Of a DNA stretch of 64,000 nucleotides, positions 41,602-51,338 are shown in pieces. The DNA is taken from contig OZ241362.1 in NCBI GenBank assembly GCA_965200315.1, forward strand, positions 1,376,001 to 1,440,000. Direction: 5' to 3'. Every line of letters starts with the position of its first letter. Position 1 is the stretch's first letter. Below the pieces are notes generated by a model. That model searched no databases and had not been told where the DNA came from. It worked only from the letters and a program-made list of their open reading frames with translations. The stretch is from Candidatus Latescibacterota bacterium (GTDB taxonomy: Bacteria; Latescibacterota; UBA2968; UBA8231). Position numbers and translations under genes: made by a program.

Positions 41602-41612
<11 letters not shown>

Positions 41613-42217
41613 GACAATGGTTTTACCAACGCCGCATCGGGACAAGCTCAAAGCCCTTCTTGAGAACAAACGGCTTCCTAAGGATGACCGGGGTCAAGTA
41701 GAAGAAGCGCTTCGGCGTTATGGCGACTGGATCGGTGAGATCGAGACGGTGGAGAGCGGGCGAAGAGATGCGGTTCAACGACTCGTGGAAGCGACAAATC
41801 GGTACAGAAATTTTATCGACTTAGACCTCATTTTCGACAGCCGGCAGGATTTTCTCTACCGGCAGAAAGGGCAGTTAAAGCTCGACAATACGATCGTCGA
41901 GGAGTTCCTGCCGCATTTGTTCTACCTCTCTCTATTTCCTCGTATGCGAATTTCTGGACATGACGCCGGTTTCTCTCGCCACGACGCATATCGACGATGT
42001 TCTGCTCGTCAGAAAAGCGAAGCGGATGTCGGCAAACCTTCGTCAAGAGTTTCGGACGGCAGACGAGAGACAAGCCCGTAGAGACGAGTACGTCCGTTTC
42101 CTGAAATCGTCGAAGTACTGTGCGGACGTATTTCAGCGCATGATCGACAAAATTCAACTCGCCCTAGATACGTCGGCCCCGGAAACGGACGACGTACTGA
42201 GCCGAGGGCATTTTTGA
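41602..42217 (+). pseudogene. Bpu10I-family restriction endonuclease with internal deletion and frameshift
   Basis: N-part PHRDKL...FLYRQKGQLKLDNTIVEEFL joined out of frame at about 41930 to C-part YFLVCEFLDMTP...LVRKAKR; central catalytic segment absent. Confidence 0.8.
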
Positions 42218-42252
42218 TCGCCCAGAAATAACTCAAATGCGGGCCGCGTCCT

Positions 42253-43095
42253 TCACCTAAAGCCGAGGAAGCTCCGCGCGGTCTCGCCCATGATGCGTTG
42301 GCGCTGATCGCTGCTCAGGTCGGGTAGTAGGTGGTCGAGCACCTCAACGCACTCGCCGTAGCCGGGATCGGCGACAATCCAAGGAAAATCCGAAGCCCAC
42401 AGCAGGCGTTCGGCACCAAAGGCAGACAGCAGGCTGCGGTGCCAAGCGGCCAGGTCGGGATAGGGATAGGCCGCCTTGCTCATGGCGTATTGGCCCGACA
42501 GGTGGACGCAGACATTGGGCGAATCGGGCGCGGGGCCGAGGAACCCGGCCGGCGGCGGCATCTCCACGTCGATTTGCGGGCGGCCCTTGGCATCCCAAGT
42601 AAACCGATCCTCGCGCGGGCAGACCATGAGATGATTGATCACCACGCGCACTTGGGGAAAGTCGGTGAGGAACTGGGGCAGCAGCGGCGCGGCGGCAGCA
42701 CGCAAGTAGAGCCAGAGCACGTAGTCTTTGCGGGCGGCGTGTTGCCAGATAGGACGGGAAAAGTCGCCGAGCGAGCGGAGCCGGAAGCCGATGATCGAGC
42801 CGTCTTCCGCGAGGCGATCCATGTGGTCGGCGGGCGCGGGCGCGGCGGGCGGTATCAAGCCAATGCCCAAGAAGCGGTCGGGATAGGTGCGCAGGCAGTG
42901 TTGTAAATAGGCGTGATGCGCCAAGCTGGTGCCGCCGGTTTGCACGAGCACGGCCTTGTCGATGGCGTGGGCGGCCATGTGCGCCAAAAAGGCTTCGACG
43001 GGTGCTTCGCGCTCGGCGGGCATGCTCGAGGTGATCTCGCGCGGGAACTCGGCGCTGGGGCGGGCAAAGACATGCAGATGGGAGTCAATACGCAT
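42253..43095 (-). CDS. Amidohydrolase_2 family protein
   Basis: IDSHLHVF, VINHL, LWASDFPW. Confidence 0.9.
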   Translation of the reverse strand: MRIDSHLHVFARPSAEFPREITSSMPAEREAPVEAFLAHMAAHAIDKAVLVQTGGTSLAHHAYLQHCLRTYPDRFLGIGLIPPAAPAPADHMDRLAEDGSIIGFRLRSLGDFSRPIWQHAARKDYVLWLYLRAAAAPLLPQFLTDFPQVRVVINHLMVCPREDRFTWDAKGRPQIDVEMPPPAGFLGPAPDSPNVCVHLSGQYAMSKAAYPYPDLAAWHRSLLSAFGAERLLWASDFPWIVADPGYGECVEVLDHLLPDLSSDQRQRIMGETARSFLGFR

Positions 43096-43147
43096 AGTTT
43101 TATTGGGTTGGGATGAGGTTTCAGTAAAGATGGATAAGAGAGCCTCC

Positions 43148-44083
43148 ATGGACAAGATGGATACATCGCTCGTGCAACAGGTGAGGGTGCGTGTACCGGC
43201 TACGTCGGCGAATTTAGGAGCGGGCTTTGACTGCTTGGGACTGGCGCTGGAATTGTACATGGATTTGGCGGTGGAAGAAGAAGCAGGCGAGGGCTTGGAA
43301 ATCGCGGCTACGGGCGAGGGGAGCGCAAGCATCCCCTTGGACGAGCGCAACGCCGTGTATCAGGGAATGATACACGCATATAGGCGGGCCGGTAGGACGC
43401 CCGGGCGGCTGCGCCTAACGATTGCCAGCCAGATTCCGCTCGCCAGTGGGTTGGGCAGCAGTTCGGCGGCCCTAGTCGCTGGTTTGACCGCGGGAGCCGA
43501 GCTGTGTGGAATAGGGCTGGATCGGGAGGAGGTCTTGCGGCAGGGCGTGGGGGTGGAGGGACACCCGGACAATGTTGCGCCTTGCGTGTTGGGAGGGATC
43601 GTCATCGCAGCCTTGGACGGCGAGGAGGTTGCGTGGGTGCGGATCGAACCGCCGAGGGATTTGGCCGCGGTCGTGGCCATCCCGGACTTTCCCCTGCCTA
43701 CGCCCAAGTCTCGGAGCGTACTGCCCGAGCGGGTTGCACGGCGGGACGCGATATTTAACGCCGGGCGCGTCGGCCTGTTAGTAGCCGCGCTGCAACAGGG
43801 CGACTACAGCCTGCTGCGGACTGGGATGCAAGATCGGTTGCACCAGCCCTATCGAACGGCCTTGGTCCCGGGGATGGAAGCGGTGTTGGCCGCGGCTACA
43901 GAGGCTGAGGCATTGGGTGCGGCCTTGAGCGGGGCCGGGCCGACCGCGTTGGCGCTGGTCAGCGGCCAAGGCGCAGAGGTGGCCGAGGCCATGCAGCAAG
44001 CGTGGGCTAAAGAAGGAATTGCCGCACGAACCTTGGTCCTCGGCCTCGCCGCCGAGGGCGTACAATGCGCGAAAGAGAGGTAA
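43148..44083 (+). CDS. thrB: Homoserine kinase
   Basis: PATSANLGAGFD, PLASGLGSS, EGHPDN, DRLHQPYR, SGAGPT; exact start uncertain. Confidence 0.96.
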   Translation: MDKMDTSLVQQVRVRVPATSANLGAGFDCLGLALELYMDLAVEEEAGEGLEIAATGEGSASIPLDERNAVYQGMIHAYRRAGRTPGRLRLTIASQIPLASGLGSSSAALVAGLTAGAELCGIGLDREEVLRQGVGVEGHPDNVAPCVLGGIVIAALDGEEVAWVRIEPPRDLAAVVAIPDFPLPTPKSRSVLPERVARRDAIFNAGRVGLLVAALQQGDYSLLRTGMQDRLHQPYRTALVPGMEAVLAAATEAEALGAALSGAGPTALALVSGQGAEVAEAMQQAWAKEGIAARTLVLGLAAEGVQCAKER

Positions 44084-44085
44084 AT

Positions 44086-45087
44086 ATGGTCAGCGAAGCC
44101 GCACTCATCGACGCCATGACGACCCCGACGCCCGAAGTCGCAGAGGCCGTGCGCCAGTTGGACGGGCCGATCCTGCTGTTGGGGGTCAGCGGCAAGATGG
44201 GGCCGACCTTGGCTGAGCTGTTGGTACGGGCCGGGGCGCAGCAGGTGATAGGGGTGGCGCGCTTTGGGGACGCGGAAAAGCAGCGCTATTTGGAAAGTAT
44301 CGGCGTACAAACCATCGCCTGCGACCTGCTTGCCGACGATGCGCTAAAGGAGTTGCCCGATGCGCCCAACGTCCTCTTCCTCGCCGGATTTAAGTTTGGA
44401 GCCACCGGCCATGAAGACGTGACTTGGGCGATGAACACCGCGTTGCCCGGCGCGGTGATGGCGCGCTACGCCCAGTCGCGGATCGTCTATGTGAGCTCGG
44501 GCAACGTGTATGCGTATGCCAAGGCTCCGGGACCGGGGGCGGACGAAGACGGTGCTTTAGGTCCGGTGGGCGAATACGCCCAATCGCGCTTGGGCGGCGA
44601 GCGGGTCGCCCAGTACGCATCTCGGGGGCGCGGGACTCACTTGGTCATTGTGCGGCTTTTTTACGCCACCGAGCCGCGCTACGGCATCATCCGCGATCTC
44701 GCCGATAAGGTGTGGCAGGAAGAGCCGATTGACCTGACGATGGGGTACGTCAACCAAATTTGGCAGGGCGACGCCAACGCCTATCTGTGCCGCTTCTTCC
44801 CTCTGTGCCACAGCCCAGCCGACATCATCAATCTGACCGGCCCGGACACCTTATCCGTGCGCGAACTAGCCCAACAGCTAGGGAAAATCATGGGCAAAAC
44901 GCCCCGCTTCACGGGCACAGAGGCCCCGGATGCTCTCCTAGGAGATAGCCGGCGTTTGTGCGCGGAATTTGGCCGCCCGAGCGTCGGCCCAGCGCAGATG
45001 CTGCACACGGTGGCCGAGTGGGTCATGGCCGGCGGCCAGAGCTTGGGCAAGCCAACCAAATACGAATCTCGCAGCGGGCAGTTCTAA
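44086..45087 (+). CDS. NAD-dependent epimerase/dehydratase
   Basis: GVSGKMG, SSGNVY, YAQSR, IWQGDAN. Confidence 0.88.
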   Translation: MVSEAALIDAMTTPTPEVAEAVRQLDGPILLLGVSGKMGPTLAELLVRAGAQQVIGVARFGDAEKQRYLESIGVQTIACDLLADDALKELPDAPNVLFLAGFKFGATGHEDVTWAMNTALPGAVMARYAQSRIVYVSSGNVYAYAKAPGPGADEDGALGPVGEYAQSRLGGERVAQYASRGRGTHLVIVRLFYATEPRYGIIRDLADKVWQEEPIDLTMGYVNQIWQGDANAYLCRFFPLCHSPADIINLTGPDTLSVRELAQQLGKIMGKTPRFTGTEAPDALLGDSRRLCAEFGRPSVGPAQMLHTVAEWVMAGGQSLGKPTKYESRSGQF

Positions 45088-45980
45088 TGACCGAGCGGAT
45101 CGCTGAGGCGGCCACCCAGTCCGTCGAGGCGCTGTTAGCGGACGGCGCGGGTGCGCTCCGAGATGGTCAATTATTGTGGTCGCTATCGCATTTGTGCGAT
45201 CAGCCGCGCTACCGGAGGCTAGCCGAGCAAGTGGCCGAGAGCCGAGGATGCGACGAGGGCGACGGCGCTAACGTCCGCGGCTCCCTCGCGTTGGCCGAGG
45301 GGCTAGCGGCCTGTGGCTATTGGGAACGGGCGCGGACGCTCGTGCTGCAAAGCCTAGCGCGTTGCGACGCGGCGGATTACATCGGCGAGTCGCCAGAGGA
45401 GCAACCCATGCCCGAGGGGGCGCGCAGCCTCGACGACTGGGCGCAGGTGCTGAGCGCGTGTACGCGCCTTTTGCACGACCATGCCGACCGCGAGTTGCAA
45501 ATAGCAGCCGCTCGCGCCGTTGCCGCCATCTTGAACTACCACTACCACCCGGACTTGGGGCTGTTGCTTTTTGCCGTCCGCGGCGACTTCTTCCGCTTTG
45601 ACGATCACTGGGGAACCTATGTCCACAGCAGGGCAGCCCTCACCGCGCTGACGGCGATGTTGGACGAGGCTGATCGCCGTGGAGAGACGCACTTGTGCTC
45701 CTTGACGGGGCGCTATCTGCGCCAACACGTAGAGGCGGCTTGGGATTCGACCACAGGTGGCAGCCGCAGGGAGTACAAAGCTGGCGTTTGGAATGCGGCA
45801 AAACCCGGGAGCGTCCAAGCCGCAGCCGCAGGTGCCTTGGCGACGTTGCACCGCTATCAGGGCGGCGACTGGGAGGCCGCGTGGCTGGAGCGAGTGCGAG
45901 GTTGTCAAAGGGATTGCCCCGCCGATCCGCTCGCCGAACTGCGCTGCTTAGTTCGCTGCACCCGTCCGGTGTATGGATAA
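45087..45980 (+). CDS. Hypothetical alpha-helical protein, possibly a degenerate AGE-family epimerase
   Basis: TAATG overlap with upstream gene; RQHVEAAWD...GG weakly AGE-like; catalytic residues not evident. Confidence 0.45.
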   Translation: MTERIAEAATQSVEALLADGAGALRDGQLLWSLSHLCDQPRYRRLAEQVAESRGCDEGDGANVRGSLALAEGLAACGYWERARTLVLQSLARCDAADYIGESPEEQPMPEGARSLDDWAQVLSACTRLLHDHADRELQIAAARAVAAILNYHYHPDLGLLLFAVRGDFFRFDDHWGTYVHSRAALTALTAMLDEADRRGETHLCSLTGRYLRQHVEAAWDSTTGGSRREYKAGVWNAAKPGSVQAAAAGALATLHRYQGGDWEAAWLERVRGCQRDCPADPLAELRCLVRCTRPVYG

Positions 45981-45985
45981 ATTAC

Positions 45986-46014
45986 TTGACATTGTAACGC
46001 GAGAAAGCGATTCT
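45986..46014 (+). promoter_or_regulatory. Putative sigma70 promoter
   Basis: TTGACA, 17-nt spacer, GATTCT. Confidence 0.5.
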
Positions 46015-46158
46015 GGCCGCATAAAAGCGGTCTGAAAAGTGCGCGGGCGTCTCGCCCAAGCACCCCACCCCACACCAAGGGCGCAACTAACACACGCCCA
46101 ATGATGGCGCACAGGCAATCGAGCAGTCCTCATCACCACAAGTCAGCGGAGGTCCATC

Positions 46159-47235
46159 ATGATCGTCTATCACGGCACGACGCGACGCGACGCCCGCCAG
46201 ATCGCCCGCGACGGCTTTCAGCCGCGGTCACCCTCGCGGCGGGTGTGGCTTTCGCGGAGCAAGAGTTACGCCAAGCAGCGGGCCCACGCCAAATCGCGGC
46301 ACACGCGAGATCGCCCCATCGTCCTGGCCGTGGATATCGACCTGAAAACTCTGCGCCAGCGCTACGGCAGCCGGCAGGTGCGCGAAAGCGGCGGGGTCAT
46401 CTCGATCAACGGAGCCATTCCCGCGTCCTCGCTGCGCAGCCACTACGGGTTGGGCCTCCCGGAAACTGCCGAGGAGATCGCCCGCTGGGTCAACGCCGTC
46501 TTAGGGGTCAAGGCGCACAAAGGCGTCAGCGCCCACCACGAGGGCGTCTTGCGCTTGGCTCGCTGGATCGACAACCGGCTGGCGACCCAGCCTGCGGCTC
46601 AGCTCGGCGAGAAGGAGTTGCTCGCCCGCGCCGCCCAGTGGATTCCCGACCACTTTGCCGGAGTGGAGATCGACTTTGAGCACTTGCGGGTCTGGCCCAA
46701 GGTGGCGCGAGAAACCGCGGCGCAGCAGGCCGCGCTCGAAAGTGTCGCGCCCGTTGATAACCGCGAGGAAGAGGCCATCGCCTGCTTGGAGTCGGACAAG
46801 CCGCAGCGACAGGTGCGCGGCCTCCAGCTCTTGGCCGACCTAGCCGACCCAGACCTGTTCGAGTGGTGCGTATTGCTGCTCGGCGAGGGCCAGCCGCAAA
46901 GCGCGGCCGGCATCCTCAAGGTGATGCGGCGGTGCGAGGACATTCAGCCAGAGGTGTTGGCTCCGTACGCGGAGAGCGAGCACAAGGCAGTGCGCGGCGC
47001 AGCCATTGAGGTGCTGGTTCTGCGCGGCGGGGAGGAGGCCCCGAAGTGGTTTTGGCGCGGCCTGACCGACCCGGTGCCGCACGTGCGGCTGAGCGCGGCC
47101 AAGTTCCTCGACCGCTTGGATCCGCGTACGCATCGCGACAGCTTTGAGGCCGCGCTCTACGACCCGCACCCGCAGGTGGCGCAAGCCGCGCGCAAGCTGA
47201 CTCAGCACATGGGATTTGAGCCGTTGGCTTGGTGA
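46159..47235 (+). CDS. Tpt1/KptA-like ADP-ribosyltransferase-fold domain fused to HEAT repeats
   Basis: VYHGT...GFQP...RVWLS...PIVLAVD N-terminus; C-terminal DPVPHVRLSAA / DPHPQVAQAA HEAT motifs; GGAGG RBS. Confidence 0.7.
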   Translation: MIVYHGTTRRDARQIARDGFQPRSPSRRVWLSRSKSYAKQRAHAKSRHTRDRPIVLAVDIDLKTLRQRYGSRQVRESGGVISINGAIPASSLRSHYGLGLPETAEEIARWVNAVLGVKAHKGVSAHHEGVLRLARWIDNRLATQPAAQLGEKELLARAAQWIPDHFAGVEIDFEHLRVWPKVARETAAQQAALESVAPVDNREEEAIACLESDKPQRQVRGLQLLADLADPDLFEWCVLLLGEGQPQSAAGILKVMRRCEDIQPEVLAPYAESEHKAVRGAAIEVLVLRGGEEAPKWFWRGLTDPVPHVRLSAAKFLDRLDPRTHRDSFEAALYDPHPQVAQAARKLTQHMGFEPLAW

Positions 47236-47239
47236 ATAC

Positions 47240-47980
47240 TCAGTCGCCAAGGCAGCTCCCGATAAGATCGGGGGCTCGCGCTGCAAAACCCTTCTCGTGC
47301 AGGAGTGCAGCCCAAGAGTCGAGATAGTCTCTGAACGTTTCATTCGCGCTTGGGTCCCAATGCTCCAGCCAGCCGCAATCGCTCCATAGAGAAGGAACTG
47401 CGAGAAATCGATCTAACAGGGCAACCGCCAAGGTGCGGTTGAGTTCACGGTTGAACGGATTGGCTTCCAAGGTGTCGATATGCTGGGTCAGCCAGTGTGG
47501 AAGATCGTCACGGTTCGCTTGCACATTCCCAGTGTCGGCGGCGTAGGCCCTGAAATGTGGTGCAAATTCGACCGCGCCAGCAATCTCGACCGGGGGATGT
47601 TCTTTCCAGATCGTCGCGAGTCGATGCAAAACGAAGAGGGAAGCTAGCTCGCAGAGGCTCTCCTCGAACCACTTGTGTTTGTGTTCCCTGTGGCGATCAA
47701 AGTTGGTCATCACGTGACATAGTTCGTGAGAGAACTGGTACACGTACTGACACCAGTAAGTGTCGCGGGCGCTGATCCTGATCTCGTATGGCCGAAAGTC
47801 GTAGAATACGCGAGGGTCTTGGTTCCACCTAGCTACGCGGACCGGGGCGTCGGGAAATTTTCCAAACGCATCCAACAAGACGTCAAATGCAGATTTCAGA
47901 ACCGCATGTACCGTGCGGAGGCTTGTTCCTCCCCAGTTGCCGTTTTCTATCGAGAGGGGCGAAGCTGTTATGTCGGCCAT
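47240..47980 (-). CDS. Putative zinc metallopeptidase (HEXXH + downstream E)
   Basis: QFSHELCH...WFEESLCE; TGATG overlap with the ATPase gene. Confidence 0.65.
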   Translation of the reverse strand: MADITASPLSIENGNWGGTSLRTVHAVLKSAFDVLLDAFGKFPDAPVRVARWNQDPRVFYDFRPYEIRISARDTYWCQYVYQFSHELCHVMTNFDRHREHKHKWFEESLCELASLFVLHRLATIWKEHPPVEIAGAVEFAPHFRAYAADTGNVQANRDDLPHWLTQHIDTLEANPFNRELNRTLAVALLDRFLAVPSLWSDCGWLEHWDPSANETFRDYLDSWAALLHEKGFAARAPDLIGSCLGD

Positions 47981-49542
47981 CACTCTTCTCCGGTAACCTT
48001 GGGCGATACACCGAGTGTACCTTTTGCCCCGCGTTCTTTGTCGCCGAGCATGCGCTGAAAGTCAACTAGGTCGCGGCAGATGTAGTTGTCGGCTTCGAGG
48101 CGTGCGCGTTGTTCTGCGGAGAACTGAGGGGAAAAAAGCGCTAGTTCCCGATGCCACTTGCGGAAGCGAGTACCGACAGTGGATAGGAAGCGATCCAGAT
48201 GTTCGTGGAATGCGCGAAGTGACTCTGAGTCGTGTTTGGCAGGGTTCCGCTTGCAGGATCCAAAGCGTATGCGTCGATCTTCCTCGTTCCACGCGATGAA
48301 ATCGATCTCCACTGATGTCTGGGCTTGCTGCGGCCTGTTCCAGTAGCCGCGAACGCGGTCCGTCAGCGGAAAATCCGCATTACCAGCGCGTGATCCTGCC
48401 TCGCTCGCGTCCCGTACCATCCGCTCAAAGGCCCGTCCCTCAAGCGTACTGAGCCGTGCGGAAATGCGCTTGGCTACTTGGGAAGCAGGCGCGATGCGCG
48501 CGGCTTGGCAGGCGGGTTGAATCACGTTGAGCCATGCACACAGGAACGGGTCGGAAACGACGTAGCGTACGCGGCGCTGTCGCTTCTCTGCGAACATGGG
48601 ATGCTGCTTTTCGATGAGCCGCAGGTCTTGTGTCAGAGTTTTCAAGTAGGGTCCCAGAGAACGCTCTGGTAAGGCTTCTTGCAAATCCGCGTGTGTGCAA
48701 GGCCCCCGCTCTGCCAGAGTGCGCAGGATGGCGATGTAGTTGCGGCGCAACTCGCGCCCGAGTAGGCTTTCGCCCTCCTCGCGCAAGGGGGAATCCGAGC
48801 GCAGGAAGAGCCGCTCACACACTTCCTGTGTCCACAGTTCCCATGCCGGAATGGCGTTTAGGCCGTCCGTTTCTGCAAAGTGCCGCCAGTACTTGGGTAC
48901 GCCGCCAAAGAGGGTCCATAAGGTCAAGCAAAACGCCGGATCGCTTGCGCCGTGATCGTGGCACACCTCAAAAATCGTTTGGATCTCCCATGGATCGAGC
49001 CGGAGGTCGAACGTCGTGCGTCCAAAAAGCGGGGCCTGTCGGTCGTTGAGCAGTGCTTCCATCTCGGCTTGGACGGAGCCGAGGACGATTAGGCCACCCA
49101 CTGTACTCCGGTCCTGAAGGCGGTCAACTTGGGCCTGAAGCAACGAAGGGAAACCGCGTAGCGGCCCACGGTGGCAGAGCTGGAATTCGTCGAGGACCAC
49201 TATCGCTCCCCCTGAGCACAGCAAACCTATAGCAGCAGCCACCCCGGGCAGATCCCTAATCGCGCTCGTGTTGAGATAGCATTCTAGTGCTGCTTCCCGC
49301 ACTGCGCTACGAAATACCGCCGCTAGGTCCTCGGGGCTACTGTCAGGTAGTTGGACCAGCAGCACTGGGGGACCGTTCGGCTTGTCCTCTGCGAGCGTCG
49401 TGAGTGCTTGTTGGATAAGGGCGGTCTTTCCGATTCGGCGGCGTCCGCGGATCGTACCGAAGAACCAGCGTTGCTGGCGCATTTCCGCTAGGAGGTTGCC
49501 CAGCTCGTCCCGGCGTCCGTAGAAAGTCCAGTCATTACCCAT
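47980..49542 (-). CDS. Archaeal-type AAA ATPase with wHTH and C-terminal DUF234/PD-(D/E)XK domain
   Basis: FYGRRDEL, GRRRIGKT, VLDEFQ, GGVPKY, DPFL, EIDFIA...GSCK. Confidence 0.88.
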   Translation of the reverse strand: MGNDWTFYGRRDELGNLLAEMRQQRWFFGTIRGRRRIGKTALIQQALTTLAEDKPNGPPVLLVQLPDSSPEDLAAVFRSAVREAALECYLNTSAIRDLPGVAAAIGLLCSGGAIVVLDEFQLCHRGPLRGFPSLLQAQVDRLQDRSTVGGLIVLGSVQAEMEALLNDRQAPLFGRTTFDLRLDPWEIQTIFEVCHDHGASDPAFCLTLWTLFGGVPKYWRHFAETDGLNAIPAWELWTQEVCERLFLRSDSPLREEGESLLGRELRRNYIAILRTLAERGPCTHADLQEALPERSLGPYLKTLTQDLRLIEKQHPMFAEKRQRRVRYVVSDPFLCAWLNVIQPACQAARIAPASQVAKRISARLSTLEGRAFERMVRDASEAGSRAGNADFPLTDRVRGYWNRPQQAQTSVEIDFIAWNEEDRRIRFGSCKRNPAKHDSESLRAFHEHLDRFLSTVGTRFRKWHRELALFSPQFSAEQRARLEADNYICRDLVDFQRMLGDKERGAKGTLGVSPKVTGEE

Positions 49543-49733
49543 GCAAATAAAGTAATTTTTTTTCCAAAGTCATTCAAGAAGTGCCTAACGCACTGATAAT
49601 AACTTTATTCGACCTATTCCATCCGCTTGATATTAGCGGTACTTAGGTCTTATTCTTAAAAAGTGCCTGATTAATCACAAGCCCCGTACCGCTGTGGTGT
49701 CGCGGGCTGCTGCTCGGACGGAGTAACTGAACA

Positions 49734-51275
49734 ATGACCGACAAACATCGCGTAGCCCTAGGGGCGATTTTCACCGAGTGCAACCAATTCGGCGGCGAGC
49801 CGATTGATCTGTCGTGGTTTGAGCGCTATGAGCTGCGGCGAGGGCGCGAGGTGCTCGCCGCCGAAGACGGAGTGGTCGGCGGTATGCTCAGCGTACTGGC
49901 GGCACGCGGCGTGGAAGTTGCGCCCCTGTTGTTTGCCAGCACCTGTCCCGGCGGGCCGCTGACGCGGGCTTGTTACGACTCGCTCAAGGAAGAGCTTTTG
50001 ACGCGGCTCAGCGAGGCGCTCCCGGTAGAGGGCGTTCTCATGCCACTGCACGGGGCAGCGGCCGTGGAGGGCGGTGTCGATTTAGAAGGAGATTTGCTAA
50101 CTGCCGTGCGAGACATCGTCGGCGACAACGTGCCTATCGTCGCCACGCTCGACCTCCACGCCCATATTTCCGCGCAGATGATGCGTGCGGCCGATGGCTT
50201 GGTGGCTTGGGAGACCTATCCGCATCGCGACGCCTTTTCCACGGGCGAACGCGGGGCGCGCCTGTTGTGCGATGTGCTCGCCGGCGCGTACAAGCCCGCG
50301 ATGGCCATGGCCAAGGTGCCGGTGCTCACCGGGGCCATTCACGGCTCGACCGAGGACGACGATCCCTTCGCGCAAGTGATGGCCTTGGCCAAGGCCGGTG
50401 AGCAGCGCGATGGCATCCTCTCGACGAGTGCAATCTTGGTGCATCCCTATCTCGATTTTGCTGGCATGGGCAGTGGCGGGCTGGTGATTGCCGACCGCGA
50501 CTTCGCCAAGGCCGAAGCGCTCGCCCGCGAGCTGGCTACGGCGTACTGGGAGCGGCGCTTTGCCTTAGAGCCAGTGCTGTTCGCGCCCGAGGACGCTGTG
50601 CGCGCTGGTTTGGCCGTGGAGGGCGGCCCGGTGGTGCTGGTGGAGGCTGCGGACTGCTGCGGAGGGGGCGCGGCTGGCGACAGTGTGGCGGCGCTGGCGG
50701 CCCTGTTGCAGGCTAAGTTGGACGGGCCAGCGCTGGTGCCCTTGGTCGATGCCCGTGCGGCTGCGGTTTGCCATCAAGCTGGCGTTGGGGCCGAGGTGGA
50801 GTTGGCCCTGGGGCATGGGCACGACCCGCGTTGGGGCCAGCCGATTGCGGTGCGCGGCCGGGTGCTGCGGTTGAGCGATGGCCGCTTCCGCTATCGGGGT
50901 GGCATTTGGGAAGGGGTCGAAGGGCAGATGGGGCCGGCGGCCGTACTCGCGCTGGGCTTCGACGACTCGACTGAGCTCGCCGAAGGACAGATTCAAGTGC
51001 TGTTGGCATCGCATCCGACTTATGAATGGGATGGCGAGCAGTTTGCGGCTTTGGGGATGGATGCGGCGCAAGCGCGCTTTATCGTCGCCAAGAATCCCAT
51101 GAACTACCGACTTGCCTTTGGACCAACAGCCCAGGCCGTTTTTGTGCTCGACACGCCGGGACCGACGCCAGCGACGGTGCGACACCTGCCCTTTGTTCGG
51201 CGAGCGCGGCCCTTTTTTCCGCTGGATTCGGATATGGCGCTGGAGATGGAAGTTTTGTGCGCGGAGGCGCGATAG
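49734..51275 (+). CDS. M81 (MlrC-like) metallopeptidase
   Basis: ECNQF, LHGA, DLHAH, YPHRD, DCCGGGAAGD. Confidence 0.9.
   Translation: MTDKHRVALGAIFTECNQFGGEPIDLSWFERYELRRGREVLAAEDGVVGGMLSVLAARGVEVAPLLFASTCPGGPLTRACYDSLKEELLTRLSEALPVEGVLMPLHGAAAVEGGVDLEGDLLTAVRDIVGDNVPIVATLDLHAHISAQMMRAADGLVAWETYPHRDAFSTGERGARLLCDVLAGAYKPAMAMAKVPVLTGAIHGSTEDDDPFAQVMALAKAGEQRDGILSTSAILVHPYLDFAGMGSGGLVIADRDFAKAEALARELATAYWERRFALEPVLFAPEDAVRAGLAVEGGPVVLVEAADCCGGGAAGDSVAALAALLQAKLDGPALVPLVDARAAAVCHQAGVGAEVELALGHGHDPRWGQPIAVRGRVLRLSDGRFRYRGGIWEGVEGQMGPAAVLALGFDDSTELAEGQIQVLLASHPTYEWDGEQFAALGMDAAQARFIVAKNPMNYRLAFGPTAQAVFVLDTPGPTPATVRHLPFVRRARPFFPLDSDMALEMEVLCAEAR
50954..50984. repeat. Palindromic REP-like element inside the MlrC-like CDS
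   Basis: GGGCTTCGACGACTCGACTGAGCTCGCCGAA; reverse-complement copy with a 1-nt deletion at 53613-53642. Confidence 0.8.
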
Positions 51276-51338
51276 GGGGCGGCTTGAGTGTCTTGATGCG
51301 AATTGGGAGGATGTTATCTTGCGACCAAAAAAAGGAGT

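Noticed and set aside
46159-49542. ART-HEAT gene, peptidase and ATPase as one three-gene system
   Set aside because: Convergent orientation and different base composition; treated as separate units pending co-occurrence data
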